A stretch of 64,000 nt of DNA from Promethearchaeota archaeon (GTDB taxonomy: Archaea > Asgardarchaeota > Lokiarchaeia > Sigyniarchaeales > SOKP01), in NCBI GenBank assembly GCA_016840085.1, contig JAEOTA010000081.1, positions 128,001-192,000 of the forward strand. Direction: 5' to 3'. The translations under genes and the position numbers were made by a program. Numbering within the stretch: the stretch's first letter is position 1; each line of letters starts with the position of its first letter. Below are positions 10,445 to 20,552 of this stretch, piece after piece. Below the pieces are notes generated by a model. That model saw nothing but the letters and a program-made list of their open reading frames with translations. It did not search any database and was not told the DNA's origin.

Positions 10445-11206
10445 TCATTTTATAATTCTATCCTTTTTAAGAGATCTTAAATATCCTTCATTTCGAATAT
10501 ATTTTTTATTAATTTCAATTAATTCGGGTCTTTCTTCTAATAACTTTAAAACATCATTCATCAAAAAAATCTTTTTTTTAGGATAAAGATATTTATAAAT
10601 TTCTCTTACAAATTGGAGATCTTCTTTCTCGTCAACAGTCCATCTCAGATGTGAAAGATTTTCAATATAAGATAAATTTTTTAACTTAAATTCTCCTGTA
10701 TCAGTAATGTAATTTGTAACATGTTCTCTCTGTGAAGTTAATTTTGCTTCTTTCCATGATTTTTCAAGGGCATAAAAAGAAAATCCTTCAACATCAAGAC
10801 CATCAGGATAAGTTGGTGGTCTAGTATTTGATGCATAATCACAATCTCCTTCTAAATATAAATCTACGACTTGATCAAATATTTTAGGATCAATTAAAGG
10901 ACAATCTGCAGTTATTCTTATTATAATGTCAACGCTATAAAGTTTTGCTGTCTGGTAATAACGGTCTAAAACATCATCACTACTTCCAGCAAAACTTTTT
11001 ATATTATATTGTTCAGCCAATTCTAATATTTTTTTATCTTGATTTAAATTTGTTGTTGCTATAATGATATCAGGAGAATATTTCGAATAATTCAATCGAT
11101 TGATATGATGCCATATCATTGGTTTTCTTTCGATGTCTGCCAATACTTTATTTGGTAATCTAGTAGAACCCATTCTTGCTTGAATTATAACGGCTAATTT
11201 AACCAT
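10445..11206 (-). CDS. spsF: SpsF-like acylneuraminate cytidylyltransferase family protein
   Basis: IIQARMGSTRLPNKVL, GSSDDVLDRY, RITADCPLIDP, REHVT, RWTVD. Confidence 0.88.
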   Translation of the reverse strand: MVKLAVIIQARMGSTRLPNKVLADIERKPMIWHHINRLNYSKYSPDIIIATTNLNQDKKILELAEQYNIKSFAGSSDDVLDRYYQTAKLYSVDIIIRITADCPLIDPKIFDQVVDLYLEGDCDYASNTRPPTYPDGLDVEGFSFYALEKSWKEAKLTSQREHVTNYITDTGEFKLKNLSYIENLSHLRWTVDEKEDLQFVREIYKYLYPKKKIFLMNDVLKLLEERPELIEINKKYIRNEGYLRSLKKDRIIK

Positions 11207-11282
11207 ATTTTCATAAACTCTTTAAAATTATTAAATATGTTATTTTATTTTTAATAGGAACTACTAATATTAAAAATTTAAA

Positions 11283-11750
11283 GTGAATTTTATGAATATT
11301 GATAGGCGTCTTATTGAAATAATTCCTGCTGAAAAAAATAATGAAAAACATAAAAAAAGAGTTTTAGAAATATTTAACCAAAATATTAATTTTTTCAATA
11401 TGACTAATAGGATTATTTCCTATGAAGAACATAGTAAATGGTGGGATTCTATTTTTAAAAAAGAAAAGATTTATCTAATTCTATTTAAAGGTGAAGTACA
11501 AGGCTATATTAGACTCTCAAAAATGAAAACAATTTCTAAAGAAAAACATGAAATGAGCATTGCTCTTGCTTCAAAAAACCAAAATTGTGGTATTGGAAGT
11601 ATAGCTTATCAAATGTTTGAAAAAGAAATGAAAAAGAAAGGAATAAAAGAAATTGTGGCAAAAACCATGGATGAGAATAAGAGAGCCCAAAATTTCTTTG
11701 AGAAGAATAATTTTCAACGCTCAATGGTAAGATATATTAAAAAAATTTGA
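11283..11750 (+). CDS. GNAT N-acetyltransferase (PseH-like)
   Basis: ISYEEHSKWW, GYIRL, QNCGIGS, NKRAQNFFEKNNF. Confidence 0.75.
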   Translation: MNFMNIDRRLIEIIPAEKNNEKHKKRVLEIFNQNINFFNMTNRIISYEEHSKWWDSIFKKEKIYLILFKGEVQGYIRLSKMKTISKEKHEMSIALASKNQNCGIGSIAYQMFEKEMKKKGIKEIVAKTMDENKRAQNFFEKNNFQRSMVRYIKKI

Positions 11751-11754
11751 AATC

Positions 11755-12819
11755 TTATTTCCTCTTAAAAGCATCTAATATAACTTGAGCAACACGATAT
11801 GCTCCCTTACCATCAAATAATGTTTGTCCTATTTGACTAATCTTTTTTCTTATATCAAGATTTTTTATTAAAGAATTTAGTTTATTTTTAATCATCTCAT
11901 CTGATACATTATTATGCCATCCTAAGTTAATTGTGCATTCTAATTCATTCATTTTTTTTGCCAAATTTTCCTGGTTCTCCGCAACTATAAAACTTATAGA
12001 AGGGGTTCCAGTAATTGCTAACTCGTATAATGTTCCTCCAGAAGTAGATAATGTAATATCACTTTTCATCATTAATTCACACATATTTGAGATATTATAA
12101 AAAAGTTCAATGTTATCAAATCTTTCTGCATAATTTTCTATTTCTTTTTCATTTCTGAACATGCAACCTATAATAACATTATATTTAAGATTAGATGAAT
12201 AACTATTAGTTTTTAGGATTCTTAATAATCTCAATGTTAAATTATGATTATCACTTCCTCCTGTTGTAATTAAAACCTCCTTTACATTTAAATTCACTAC
12301 TCTTTTTGCCAGATTTAAAAATTCAGCTCGAAATAAAATATATTTTGAACCTAACAAGAGAATAGTTGATTCATTTACATTAGAATAATAACTCTTTTTA
12401 GAAAAGATATTTCCATTAATTATGATATCCACAGGAACTCCATTCATACAAAAATCATCTATTAATACTAAGATTTTTAATTTATTTTTTAGAAATGTTA
12501 AATATTCCAATGAAGCTTGATAATGATCAACAATTAGACAATCAAGTTGAAGTTGTTGAATTATGTTTCCAATGAAATCCTTTTCATTTATCAAGTTCAG
12601 ATTTTTATTTCCAATGGATTTCTTTGCATTTGAAGGGATTTTTATTACAATATAGTTTTTATTGGTAATTATGTCATGTTCTTCATTTGAAATAAAGAAA
12701 ACTTTATAACCTCTATATTTGAATTCATCTGCCAAAGCCAAACATCGCATAATATGTCCTAAACCAATATCAGGGCTTCCATCAACTCTAAACCCTATAT
12801 TATATTTATATTCTACCAT
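11755..12819 (-). CDS. pseG: UDP-2,4-diacetamido-2,4,6-trideoxy-beta-L-altropyranose hydrolase (PseG)
   Basis: FRVDGSPDIGLGHIMRCLALA, VDHY, ITTGGSD, GGTLYEL, AENQ, DGKGA. Confidence 0.88.
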   Translation of the reverse strand: MVEYKYNIGFRVDGSPDIGLGHIMRCLALADEFKYRGYKVFFISNEEHDIITNKNYIVIKIPSNAKKSIGNKNLNLINEKDFIGNIIQQLQLDCLIVDHYQASLEYLTFLKNKLKILVLIDDFCMNGVPVDIIINGNIFSKKSYYSNVNESTILLLGSKYILFRAEFLNLAKRVVNLNVKEVLITTGGSDNHNLTLRLLRILKTNSYSSNLKYNVIIGCMFRNEKEIENYAERFDNIELFYNISNMCELMMKSDITLSTSGGTLYELAITGTPSISFIVAENQENLAKKMNELECTINLGWHNNVSDEMIKNKLNSLIKNLDIRKKISQIGQTLFDGKGAYRVAQVILDAFKRK

Positions 12820-12833
12820 ATAAATTACATTAT

Positions 12834-13517
12834 TTATCGAATTACTCTTACAGTTTTAAAAGGTTCAACATACTCCAAGCCAACTGATATACCCCAATAA
12901 TTTGAATTTATTTTTATTCCTTTTAGAGAGCGAGGATGAGGAAATTCTCGAATCTCGGATTTGTATGCTTTAAGCGCTTTTAATTTTAAATTTATTGTTT
13001 CTTTTATATCGAAAAAAACATCAGGAGAGAATGAAAAGGGATAATTCCATTCTGTAGAAGATGATACATAAAAAGAATAAATTTCTTTACAGGTTTCATT
13101 GATAAGGGGTCTAGTTGCCACTAATACCGCATTGTAAGTTAATTGATGATCAATATTTAGATCGGCCTTATAATGAGTAAATATGATGGTAGGATCGATC
13201 TTATTTTTTACTTGCTCAATTTTTTTGACTATCTTTAATAATGATACTGAATCAAAACTATTATCCGGAAGATCGTTAAAAATTATTTCCTTAATTCCAA
13301 GAATTTCATTTGCTTTTATTGCTTGCTCTTTTAATTCTTTTATCTCTTCTTTAAACGTATCTTGCTTACTCGAATCACTTCTTGAAGTTACTCCTTCTCC
13401 TAATATTAATGTTGTGGCTTGATATCCCTCTTTTATTAATTTCGCTACTGTGGCACCACAACCTAATACTTCATCATCTGGATGAGCAGCAACGATTAAA
13501 ATTTTTTTCATATTCAA
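12834..13517 (-). CDS. PIG-L family deacetylase
   Basis: AAHPDDEVLGCG, THY..DLNIDH, SSTEW, PHPRS. Confidence 0.9.
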   Translation of the reverse strand: MNMKKILIVAAHPDDEVLGCGATVAKLIKEGYQATTLILGEGVTSRSDSSKQDTFKEEIKELKEQAIKANEILGIKEIIFNDLPDNSFDSVSLLKIVKKIEQVKNKIDPTIIFTHYKADLNIDHQLTYNAVLVATRPLINETCKEIYSFYVSSSTEWNYPFSFSPDVFFDIKETINLKLKALKAYKSEIREFPHPRSLKGIKINSNYWGISVGLEYVEPFKTVRVIR

Positions 13518-13580
13518 TTTTTTACTCCTATTATTCTAAATTATTTTAATATCTCGTTTCTATTTATTATCTCTTTCACT

Positions 13581-14222
13581 CTATTGTGATAGTAATTTTA
13601 ATTTTTCATTGACAATATCTCTTAATTTCTGATGCATCCAAAAATATCTTTTTCCTTCTGATGGTTTTTGCTTAGTTACCTTCACAGTATTATTAATTAT
13701 TTGTTTTATAGCTTCAGCTAAAGCAATATAACGATTATTATAATAGTTCCTTCGAGTAATAGTTTCAACATTATCTCCAGGTTCTATTTTTAATTTTCTT
13801 GTTAATATTATATCACCTGTATCTGCATTTTCATCAACGAAATGGACAGAAACTCCAATATCACCATCTTCTAAAATAGCCCATCTTCTGACATCAAATC
13901 CTCTGTATTTAGGGAGAATGCCTGCATGAACGTTAATGATATATTTTGGAATTCTAATAATTTCTTTTTTTATTATCTTACTACACATTAGAAAAACAAG
14001 ATCGGATTTAATTTGCTTAAGATAATCAATTGTTTCTTGAGAATTTAATTCAGATACAAAAAAAACATTGAAATTATTTACTTGTGAATATTCCAACAAA
14101 AGGTAATATTTCTCTTTATCACCTTTTACAACTACATCATTGACTTTTATGTTTTGAGTTTGTAGATAAAAAATAGCATGAATAATTGCTGATTTTACAT
14201 CGGTTAGCATGGTAATATTCAT
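13581..14222 (-). CDS. Formyltransferase family protein
   Basis: INVHAGILPKYRG, GVSVHFVDENADTGDI. Confidence 0.85.
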   Translation of the reverse strand: MNITMLTDVKSAIIHAIFYLQTQNIKVNDVVVKGDKEKYYLLLEYSQVNNFNVFFVSELNSQETIDYLKQIKSDLVFLMCSKIIKKEIIRIPKYIINVHAGILPKYRGFDVRRWAILEDGDIGVSVHFVDENADTGDIILTRKLKIEPGDNVETITRRNYYNNRYIALAEAIKQIINNTVKVTKQKPSEGKRYFWMHQKLRDIVNEKLKLLSQ

Positions 14223-14239
14223 TAGATCTCAATATTTTG

Positions 14240-14515
14240 TTATTTAATTACCATTTCTTTTATTTTATTTAGTATTTCTTTTTCTAAAAGATTAATTCTT
14301 TCAATCTCGGATATTTTTAGAATTTTATTTTGTTGTCTTAAAAAATCATTAATTTTTAAAGATGTATTAAAAAATCTTTTATCATTTAATGTTTTAGTAA
14401 ATTCCATAAATTTTAAAGAAGTAAGATATAATTCTTTAATTTCCTCAGAACTTAATTCTTTATTCCAAGGTTTTGATAACTCTATTCTTATCATAGATTC
14501 TTCTATATCACTCAT
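14240..14515 (-). CDS. Hypothetical protein (D-x-RFFN-xx-LKIND motif)
   Basis: 91-aa ORF whose start overlaps the upstream methyltransferase stop, inside the minus-strand operon. Confidence 0.6.
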   Translation of the reverse strand: MSDIEESMIRIELSKPWNKELSSEEIKELYLTSLKFMEFTKTLNDKRFFNTSLKINDFLRQQNKILKISEIERINLLEKEILNKIKEMVIK

Positions 14516-15183
14516 TTCCTTGCCATCACAATATATTCTGCTAATCTCAGATGGCTTTTTTTCTCATCTAAGATACAATTAAGTTTATGTTCTAAAATAT
14601 CCTCAATCATAAAGTCTTTTAAAACATCTATAATCTCATCTTTACTGAAAAAATGTGCTATATCTGAATGAGAATATGAACCCTCTTTAAAATTTGTATA
14701 AGTATTTTTTTCAAATTCTTCTCCATAGATTAGATCGGGATGATTTAAATTTGGTAAAAAACCGATATAAATTCCCTCTTTTTTAAGAACTCTATAAACT
14801 TCATTAAAAATTAATTTAATATCTTTCCAGATATTGCAATAAATTGAAGCTCGATCTATTATACAATTAAAAAAATCATTTTCATAAGGTAAATTTTTAA
14901 AATTTCCTACAATGCATTGAGCATTTAAATTTTCCTGTTTTAATCTCTTCTTTGTTATTTCCACTCCTTTTGGAGCGCCATCAATGGCATATGTTTTAAA
15001 TCCTTCTTTTGCTAAAAAATATGTATTATTTCCCCCTCCACATCCTAAGTCTAAGATTTTTATTTGTTGTCTTTCTTTCACTGCAAATAAATTCATAACC
15101 AATGAAACTAAAATATCATATGGCCAATTATTATATCGGCCTTTCTGGTAGTTCCTTTCCCATGCTTCAATTTCTTTTTCCAT
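14512..15183 (-). CDS. Class I SAM-dependent methyltransferase
   Basis: ILDLGCGGGNN, LPYENDFFNCIID, EVYRVLKKEG. Confidence 0.9.
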   Translation of the reverse strand: MEKEIEAWERNYQKGRYNNWPYDILVSLVMNLFAVKERQQIKILDLGCGGGNNTYFLAKEGFKTYAIDGAPKGVEITKKRLKQENLNAQCIVGNFKNLPYENDFFNCIIDRASIYCNIWKDIKLIFNEVYRVLKKEGIYIGFLPNLNHPDLIYGEEFEKNTYTNFKEGSYSHSDIAHFFSKDEIIDVLKDFMIEDILEHKLNCILDEKKSHLRLAEYIVMARK

Positions 15184-15197
15184 TAATATAAAACCTC

Positions 15198-16256
15198 TCA
15201 GGAATTAAAATATTTGTTCTTTTTTATAAATAATTCATTCCAATACCTAATCATTTTAGTTTCTTGAACTTGTAGATTTTTTTCAATGGGAAGCCCCATT
15301 GCTAATTCTACTGCCTTTGCTAAGATATTTATGCCTGCTGCAGCATTAATTACGATAGATGCTCCCACTCTTGCATTAATTTCATATATCATAGGTAGGT
15401 TTTTTTCAATATTATAAGCCACTTCAATATTTAAACAATAATCAAATTTGAATATATTTACAACTTTTTTTACTAAATCATATACTTTCTTGTCTTCTTT
15501 AACAAGTCCTACTTTAACAGGTCCCGCTTTAGGAATCAAACGGACATTTGGAACAATATAGTAAGAAAAACCATTCTTTGCTAACACATCAACATTAAAA
15601 TCTTCACCTTCTAAATATGCCATTAATAATATTGATGGAAATGAATCAGCTTTAGTTAAAATCTCATGAACCTTTTCTAGACATGTGGTTTGTCTGTCTC
15701 TATCTTTTAAAAGACCATATACTTCATCATAATTCGCATCTAAAACCCAAAATCCTCGAGCTCCTCGTGAAAAATTTGGTTTTAAAACTATCTTTTTTTC
15801 AGGATAACCCAAATCTCCAGCATATTTAACTAATTCGTCACAATCATTAGGGATTCGAAATTTAGGAACCTCAATACCTTTTCTTTTTAGATACTTAAGC
15901 ATTTCCCCTTTATTAAAAGCAATTTTACATATATTATAATCAGAACATAAAGGTGTTATCCCATTGGCTAAGAATTTTTCTTTTTCTTTGGCTAATGCTA
16001 GTGTTTCTTCATCTGATGTAGGAATTATAAAACTTACTTTTTCCTTAAGTGCAATCTCTAAAATTTTATCACTATAATCTAAGTCACTTCCTAATGGTAC
16101 TTTATAATAAGTATCAGCAAAATGAAATCCAACTGCATCTTCCGAAGCATCTACAGCAACAATATAAATATTATTAAAATAGCTTCTTAGAGAATTAATC
16201 ATCGAGGGAATTACAAGCCCTCCTGAACTGGTTAATATTAATCTAATCTGTTCCAT
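15198..16256 (-). CDS. ATP-grasp domain protein
   Basis: IIPTSDEE, VLKPNFSRGARG, YLEGEDFNVD, IYEINAR. Confidence 0.85.
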   Translation of the reverse strand: MEQIRLILTSSGGLVIPSMINSLRSYFNNIYIVAVDASEDAVGFHFADTYYKVPLGSDLDYSDKILEIALKEKVSFIIPTSDEETLALAKEKEKFLANGITPLCSDYNICKIAFNKGEMLKYLKRKGIEVPKFRIPNDCDELVKYAGDLGYPEKKIVLKPNFSRGARGFWVLDANYDEVYGLLKDRDRQTTCLEKVHEILTKADSFPSILLMAYLEGEDFNVDVLAKNGFSYYIVPNVRLIPKAGPVKVGLVKEDKKVYDLVKKVVNIFKFDYCLNIEVAYNIEKNLPMIYEINARVGASIVINAAAGINILAKAVELAMGLPIEKNLQVQETKMIRYWNELFIKKNKYFNS

Positions 16257-17280
16257 TTAGCATATCCCATCTGATAATATCTTTAGATTTAATATTGATA
16301 AGGGCTTTTTTTCGTGGAACCTTTTTTTCAAAATTTTCCAAGGTAGGTTTAATTCCTGACGCGGGTCTTGCTGTATCAAGCATATCCTGGGTTATTATAG
16401 TTCCTTTAGGAATATCTACTTTTGCCATTATACTTCGTCTTCCTTGAGAAATATTCTTTTTTTCTTCGGGATAAATTGTTTTGTTTTTACTCCCTAATGC
16501 CTTTTCAACGATTTTTATTCCATCAACCATCATCTTAAATTCTTCTGGTTGCATAGCAAAGGGATGATCTGGTCCTTCTAAATTCCTATTTATTGTTAAA
16601 TGCTTTTCCACTACACATGCCCCTAAAGCAACTGATGCTATTGCAGGAAAGATTGAAAGAGAATGACCTGAATAACCAATAGGATAAGAGAATACTTTTT
16701 TAAATGTTTTAATTACATTTAAATCTATAGTATCTATTTCACTAGGATACATCGTAGTACATTGGAGGATTAATATCTTTCTATTACCTTGCCCTTCAAT
16801 GACTCCAATGGCTTCTTTAATCTCCTCAATACTTGATCCCCCACTCGACAATAATATCAGTTTTCCTTTAGAGGCGATATATTTCAACTTAGGATGGTCA
16901 GTAATTTGAACTCCGCCCCATTTATATAGAGGGGTATTAAATTCCTCTAAAATATCACAATCTTCATAATCTGAAGGAGTTGAAAATAAAATAATTTTTC
17001 TTTTATTACTATATTCAATTAATTCTTCTAGCCAATCGAGTTTGAATTCATATTTCTTTAAATAATTAATATTCAACCATTCTTGTTTTTCATTATGCAT
17101 CGAAATAAATTTTTTAGCCTGCCAAGTTTGAATTTTAATAGCATCAGCACCTGCCCACTTTGCTTTATCAATTAAATTTTTTGCCATTTTAATCGAACCA
17201 TTGTGATTAGCACCCATTTCAGCAATGATAAATACTGGACAATTATCGCCAATTTCGATATTATGAACTTTAAACTTTAT
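16243..17280 (-). CDS. neuB: N-acetylneuraminate/pseudaminate synthase family (NeuB/PseI) with C-terminal SAF domain
   Basis: FIIAEMGANHNG, GADAIKIQT, GYSGHS, VEKHLT..GPDH, RPASG. The frame extends 21 codons above the track start to an ATA at 17280, preceded by GGTGA. Confidence 0.9.
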   Translation of the reverse strand: MKFKVHNIEIGDNCPVFIIAEMGANHNGSIKMAKNLIDKAKWAGADAIKIQTWQAKKFISMHNEKQEWLNINYLKKYEFKLDWLEELIEYSNKRKIILFSTPSDYEDCDILEEFNTPLYKWGGVQITDHPKLKYIASKGKLILLSSGGSSIEEIKEAIGVIEGQGNRKILILQCTTMYPSEIDTIDLNVIKTFKKVFSYPIGYSGHSLSIFPAIASVALGACVVEKHLTINRNLEGPDHPFAMQPEEFKMMVDGIKIVEKALGSKNKTIYPEEKKNISQGRRSIMAKVDIPKGTIITQDMLDTARPASGIKPTLENFEKKVPRKKALINIKSKDIIRWDMLNGTD

Positions 17281-17341
17281 TTAAATCACCAATCCAATTA
17301 AGCAAATACAAAAATTACAACATTTGGTAATAGAAAATCTA

Positions 17342-18535
17342 CTATTTGCTATAGAAATTTATGATCTTTTCTAAAGCATTAATAACATCATATACATCTT
17401 TATCATTCATTTTAGAAAATAATGGAATGGTTAATAGTCTTGGATATAACCATTCAACATTGGGTAAAATACCTTTATTTAATCCAAATCTTTTCTGATA
17501 ATAAGAATGATAATGAACAGGAATATAATGTACATTAACTCCAATATTCTCTTCTCTTAAAGCTTTAAATATAAAATCTCTGTCACGTCTTAATTTTTCA
17601 AGTTCTAATTGAATTACGTATAAATGCCAAGAGTGTTTAATATTATTCTTTACATAAGGAAGCTTAACCTCTTCAATACTTTTTAACTCTCTCTCATAAA
17701 TTTTAACTATTTCACGTCTTCTTTTTTGGAAATCCTGTAATTTATTTAATTGATGAATTCCAAGAGAGGCGTGAAGTTCACTCATATTATATCTAAATCC
17801 TAAATATTTCATATCATAATAAAAATCTCCTGATTTTCCAAATCTTTTTATAGCATCCTTAGAAATCCCATGCGTTCTAAACATAAGGAGTTTTTCATAC
17901 AATTCTTCACTATTAGTTGTTACCATTCCTCCTTCAGCAGTAGTCATATTTTTTACAGGATGAAAACTAAATACTGTCAAATCACTAATATTTCCGATTT
18001 TCTTACCATTATATTCAGCATCAATTGCATGAGCAGCATCCTCAATAATATATAAATCGTTTTCTTGAGCAATTTCACAAATTTCATCCATATCACATGG
18101 TTGCCCTGCAAAATGAACTGGAATTATTGCTTTAGTCTTAGGGGTAATTTTTTTCTTAATCTCATTTGGATCAATATTGTAAGTATTCTTTTTAATATCA
18201 GCAAATATTGGTGTTCCTCCTCTATATACTACACAATTAGCTGATGCAACAAAAGTTAGTGGAGTAGTTATTACCTCATCTCCAGGTTTAATATCTATAC
18301 TTGAAGTAGACACATGCAGAGCTGCAGTTCCAGAATTTACAGCAATAGCGTACTTTGACCCTATAAACTTTTTAAAATGTTCTTCAAATAATCTCATTTT
18401 AGGGCCAGTAGTAATCCAATTAGATTTCAATGAATCAACAACTTCCTTTATTTCTTTATCATTTAACCATTGTATACCGTAAGGAAGAAAGTTATCTCTG
18501 ACAGGTTTTCCACCTTCAATTGCAGGTTTTTCCAT
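17342..18535 (-). CDS. pseC: UDP-4-amino-4,6-dideoxy-N-acetyl-beta-L-altrosamine transaminase (PseC, DegT family)
   Basis: LPYGIQ, WITTGP, NSGTAALH, EDAAHA, FSFHPVKNMTTAEGG, VHYIPVH. Confidence 0.88.
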   Translation of the reverse strand: MEKPAIEGGKPVRDNFLPYGIQWLNDKEIKEVVDSLKSNWITTGPKMRLFEEHFKKFIGSKYAIAVNSGTAALHVSTSSIDIKPGDEVITTPLTFVASANCVVYRGGTPIFADIKKNTYNIDPNEIKKKITPKTKAIIPVHFAGQPCDMDEICEIAQENDLYIIEDAAHAIDAEYNGKKIGNISDLTVFSFHPVKNMTTAEGGMVTTNSEELYEKLLMFRTHGISKDAIKRFGKSGDFYYDMKYLGFRYNMSELHASLGIHQLNKLQDFQKRRREIVKIYERELKSIEEVKLPYVKNNIKHSWHLYVIQLELEKLRRDRDFIFKALREENIGVNVHYIPVHYHSYYQKRFGLNKGILPNVEWLYPRLLTIPLFSKMNDKDVYDVINALEKIINFYSK

Positions 18536-19485
18536 TATTTACCCCTCTCAAATTTCATTATCCAATTTTCTAGTTTTTGTATTCCCTCTTTTAATGGTGT
18601 TTTTGGTTCCCAATTTAATAGATTTTTTGCTTTAGAGTTATCACATACTAATTTCATTATCTCACTTTGAGGATGGTGATGTTTAACGTGTTTTATAAGG
18701 TTCTCGTCATCTGCAATGAGCTTTGCTAATTCATTTATAGATATATCATTCCCCATCCCCGCGTTAATTACTTCTCCTATACAATTTTCATTTTCTGAAG
18801 CACCTACAATAAAATCAGCACAATCCTCAACATATAGAAAATCTCTAGTTTGGGTTCCATCTCCAAAAATCTTTAATTTTTCACCTTTATTTTTGAGTTT
18901 AACGAATATAGAAATAACTCCTCCTTCCATATTTGTTTTTTGAAACGGTCCATAAGTATTAAATGGTCTTAATACGACAATTGGCAAACCTAGGCCATAG
19001 TAATAAGAAAATGCTAATTCTTCAGCAGCAATTTTAGAACCTGCATAAGGGGATCTAGGTTTAATTCGATGTGTTTCAGATATAGCAACTTTTGTGTCTG
19101 CCATATCATAAACTAAACACGTACCAATTATAACAACTTTCGAATTTGTCTTACGTGCAGCTTCAAGAATGTGATATGTGCCGAGTACGTTAATTTCAAA
19201 AGCTCTATCAGGGTGTTCTATGCTTTCTTGTACATCTATTTGAGCTGCAAGGTGAATACAGGTTGAAATCTTAAATTTTCCAAATATATTTTCAATGATA
19301 GCTCTATTTCTGATATCATCAATAATTATATCTATTAGATTTTCATTTTCTTTAAACTCATCTAAATTTTCTATTCGACTATTGCTTAGGTTATCAATGA
19401 CAATTACTTTCTTCTTATCTTGCAATAATTTTTTAACTACCCATCTACCAATAAATCCTGCGCCACCTGTAACTAAAACAACCAC
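18535..19485 (-). CDS. NAD-dependent sugar epimerase/dehydratase
   Basis: VTGGAGFIG, HLAA, YAGSK, RPFNTYGP, GDGTQTRDFLYV. Confidence 0.9.
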   Translation of the reverse strand: MVVLVTGGAGFIGRWVVKKLLQDKKKVIVIDNLSNSRIENLDEFKENENLIDIIIDDIRNRAIIENIFGKFKISTCIHLAAQIDVQESIEHPDRAFEINVLGTYHILEAARKTNSKVVIIGTCLVYDMADTKVAISETHRIKPRSPYAGSKIAAEELAFSYYYGLGLPIVVLRPFNTYGPFQKTNMEGGVISIFVKLKNKGEKLKIFGDGTQTRDFLYVEDCADFIVGASENENCIGEVINAGMGNDISINELAKLIADDENLIKHVKHHHPQSEIMKLVCDNSKAKNLLNWEPKTPLKEGIQKLENWIMKFERGK

Positions 19486-19503
19486 TTTAAAAACTCTGAG
19501 ATT

Positions 19504-20532
19504 TTAAATAATTTTGTTTTTAATTAAGAAGTCTTTAATTTCTTTTTTAGTTAGAAAAGGACCATCCTTAGAATTAAAAGATTTAGAACTATCAAATTTA
19601 TTTATACTGGGATATAAAAGATTATTTATCTTGCCTGAAACCTCTGTTAATTGAGGTAAAATAATGTACATATTCTCTATTTCATATGTTCTCATTGATT
19701 CTTCAATTGAAAATAGTTCCTCATATAATTTCTCTCCTGCAAACATTCCAATTTCTTTTATTTGAATTTTTTCTTCTTTTTTATTGTATTTTTTTGCAAA
19801 ATTTTCAATTAGAACTTTAATAAGATCAATTATCTTGACAACATCCATTTTTAGAACAAAAACTTCTCCTCCCTGGGCAATTTCTAAAGTTTTTAAAATT
19901 AATTCAATAGCTCTATTAATACTCATAATATATCTTGTCATCTCAATATGAGTTAATGTTATAGGGATGTTATTTTTAATTTGATCTCTAATGAGAGGGA
20001 TTAAAGATCCTCTAGATCCTAACACATTCCCAAATCTTACTGAATAAAAAATAGTCTTAGCCTTTCCTTTATAAAAATTTGCTGCGGTGACTAATTTTTC
20101 TCCTAATAATTTGGTAACGCCCATAGTATTACTTGGTGAAGCTGCTTTATCTGTGCTAGTATAAACAAATTTTTCAATATTATAGTCTATACTTATTTCT
20201 ATTAAATTTTGAAGCCCTATAATATTTGTCTTAATAGCTTCAAATGGATTATATTCACATGCTACTACATGTTTTAAAGCAGCTAGATGAAACACAATAT
20301 CTACATCTTTAATAGCTCTATTTAATCTTTCTTTATCTCTTATATCCCCAATAAAAAATCTAAGTTTTTTTCTATAGTTCTTTAGTTTTTTAGATAAATA
20401 ATATTGTTTAGTATCATCCCGACTTAAAATTCTGATTACGTTAGGAGAATAATCTGATAATAATTTAAGAACTAGGTCTTCTCCGATAGAACCAGTACCT
20501 CCAGTAATTAAAATTGTTTTATTATCAAACAA
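19504..20532 (-). CDS. pseB: UDP-N-acetylglucosamine 4,6-dehydratase (PseB/CapD family)
   Basis: ITGGTGSIG, HLAALKHV, CEYNP, STDKA, VRFGNVLGSRGS, GEKLYEEL. Confidence 0.8.
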   Translation of the reverse strand: MFDNKTILITGGTGSIGEDLVLKLLSDYSPNVIRILSRDDTKQYYLSKKLKNYRKKLRFFIGDIRDKERLNRAIKDVDIVFHLAALKHVVACEYNPFEAIKTNIIGLQNLIEISIDYNIEKFVYTSTDKAASPSNTMGVTKLLGEKLVTAANFYKGKAKTIFYSVRFGNVLGSRGSLIPLIRDQIKNNIPITLTHIEMTRYIMSINRAIELILKTLEIAQGGEVFVLKMDVVKIIDLIKVLIENFAKKYNKKEEKIQIKEIGMFAGEKLYEELFSIEESMRTYEIENMYIILPQLTEVSGKINNLLYPSINKFDSSKSFNSKDGPFLTKKEIKDFLIKNKII

Positions 20533-20552
20533 TCAAACCACAAGAAAATTAA

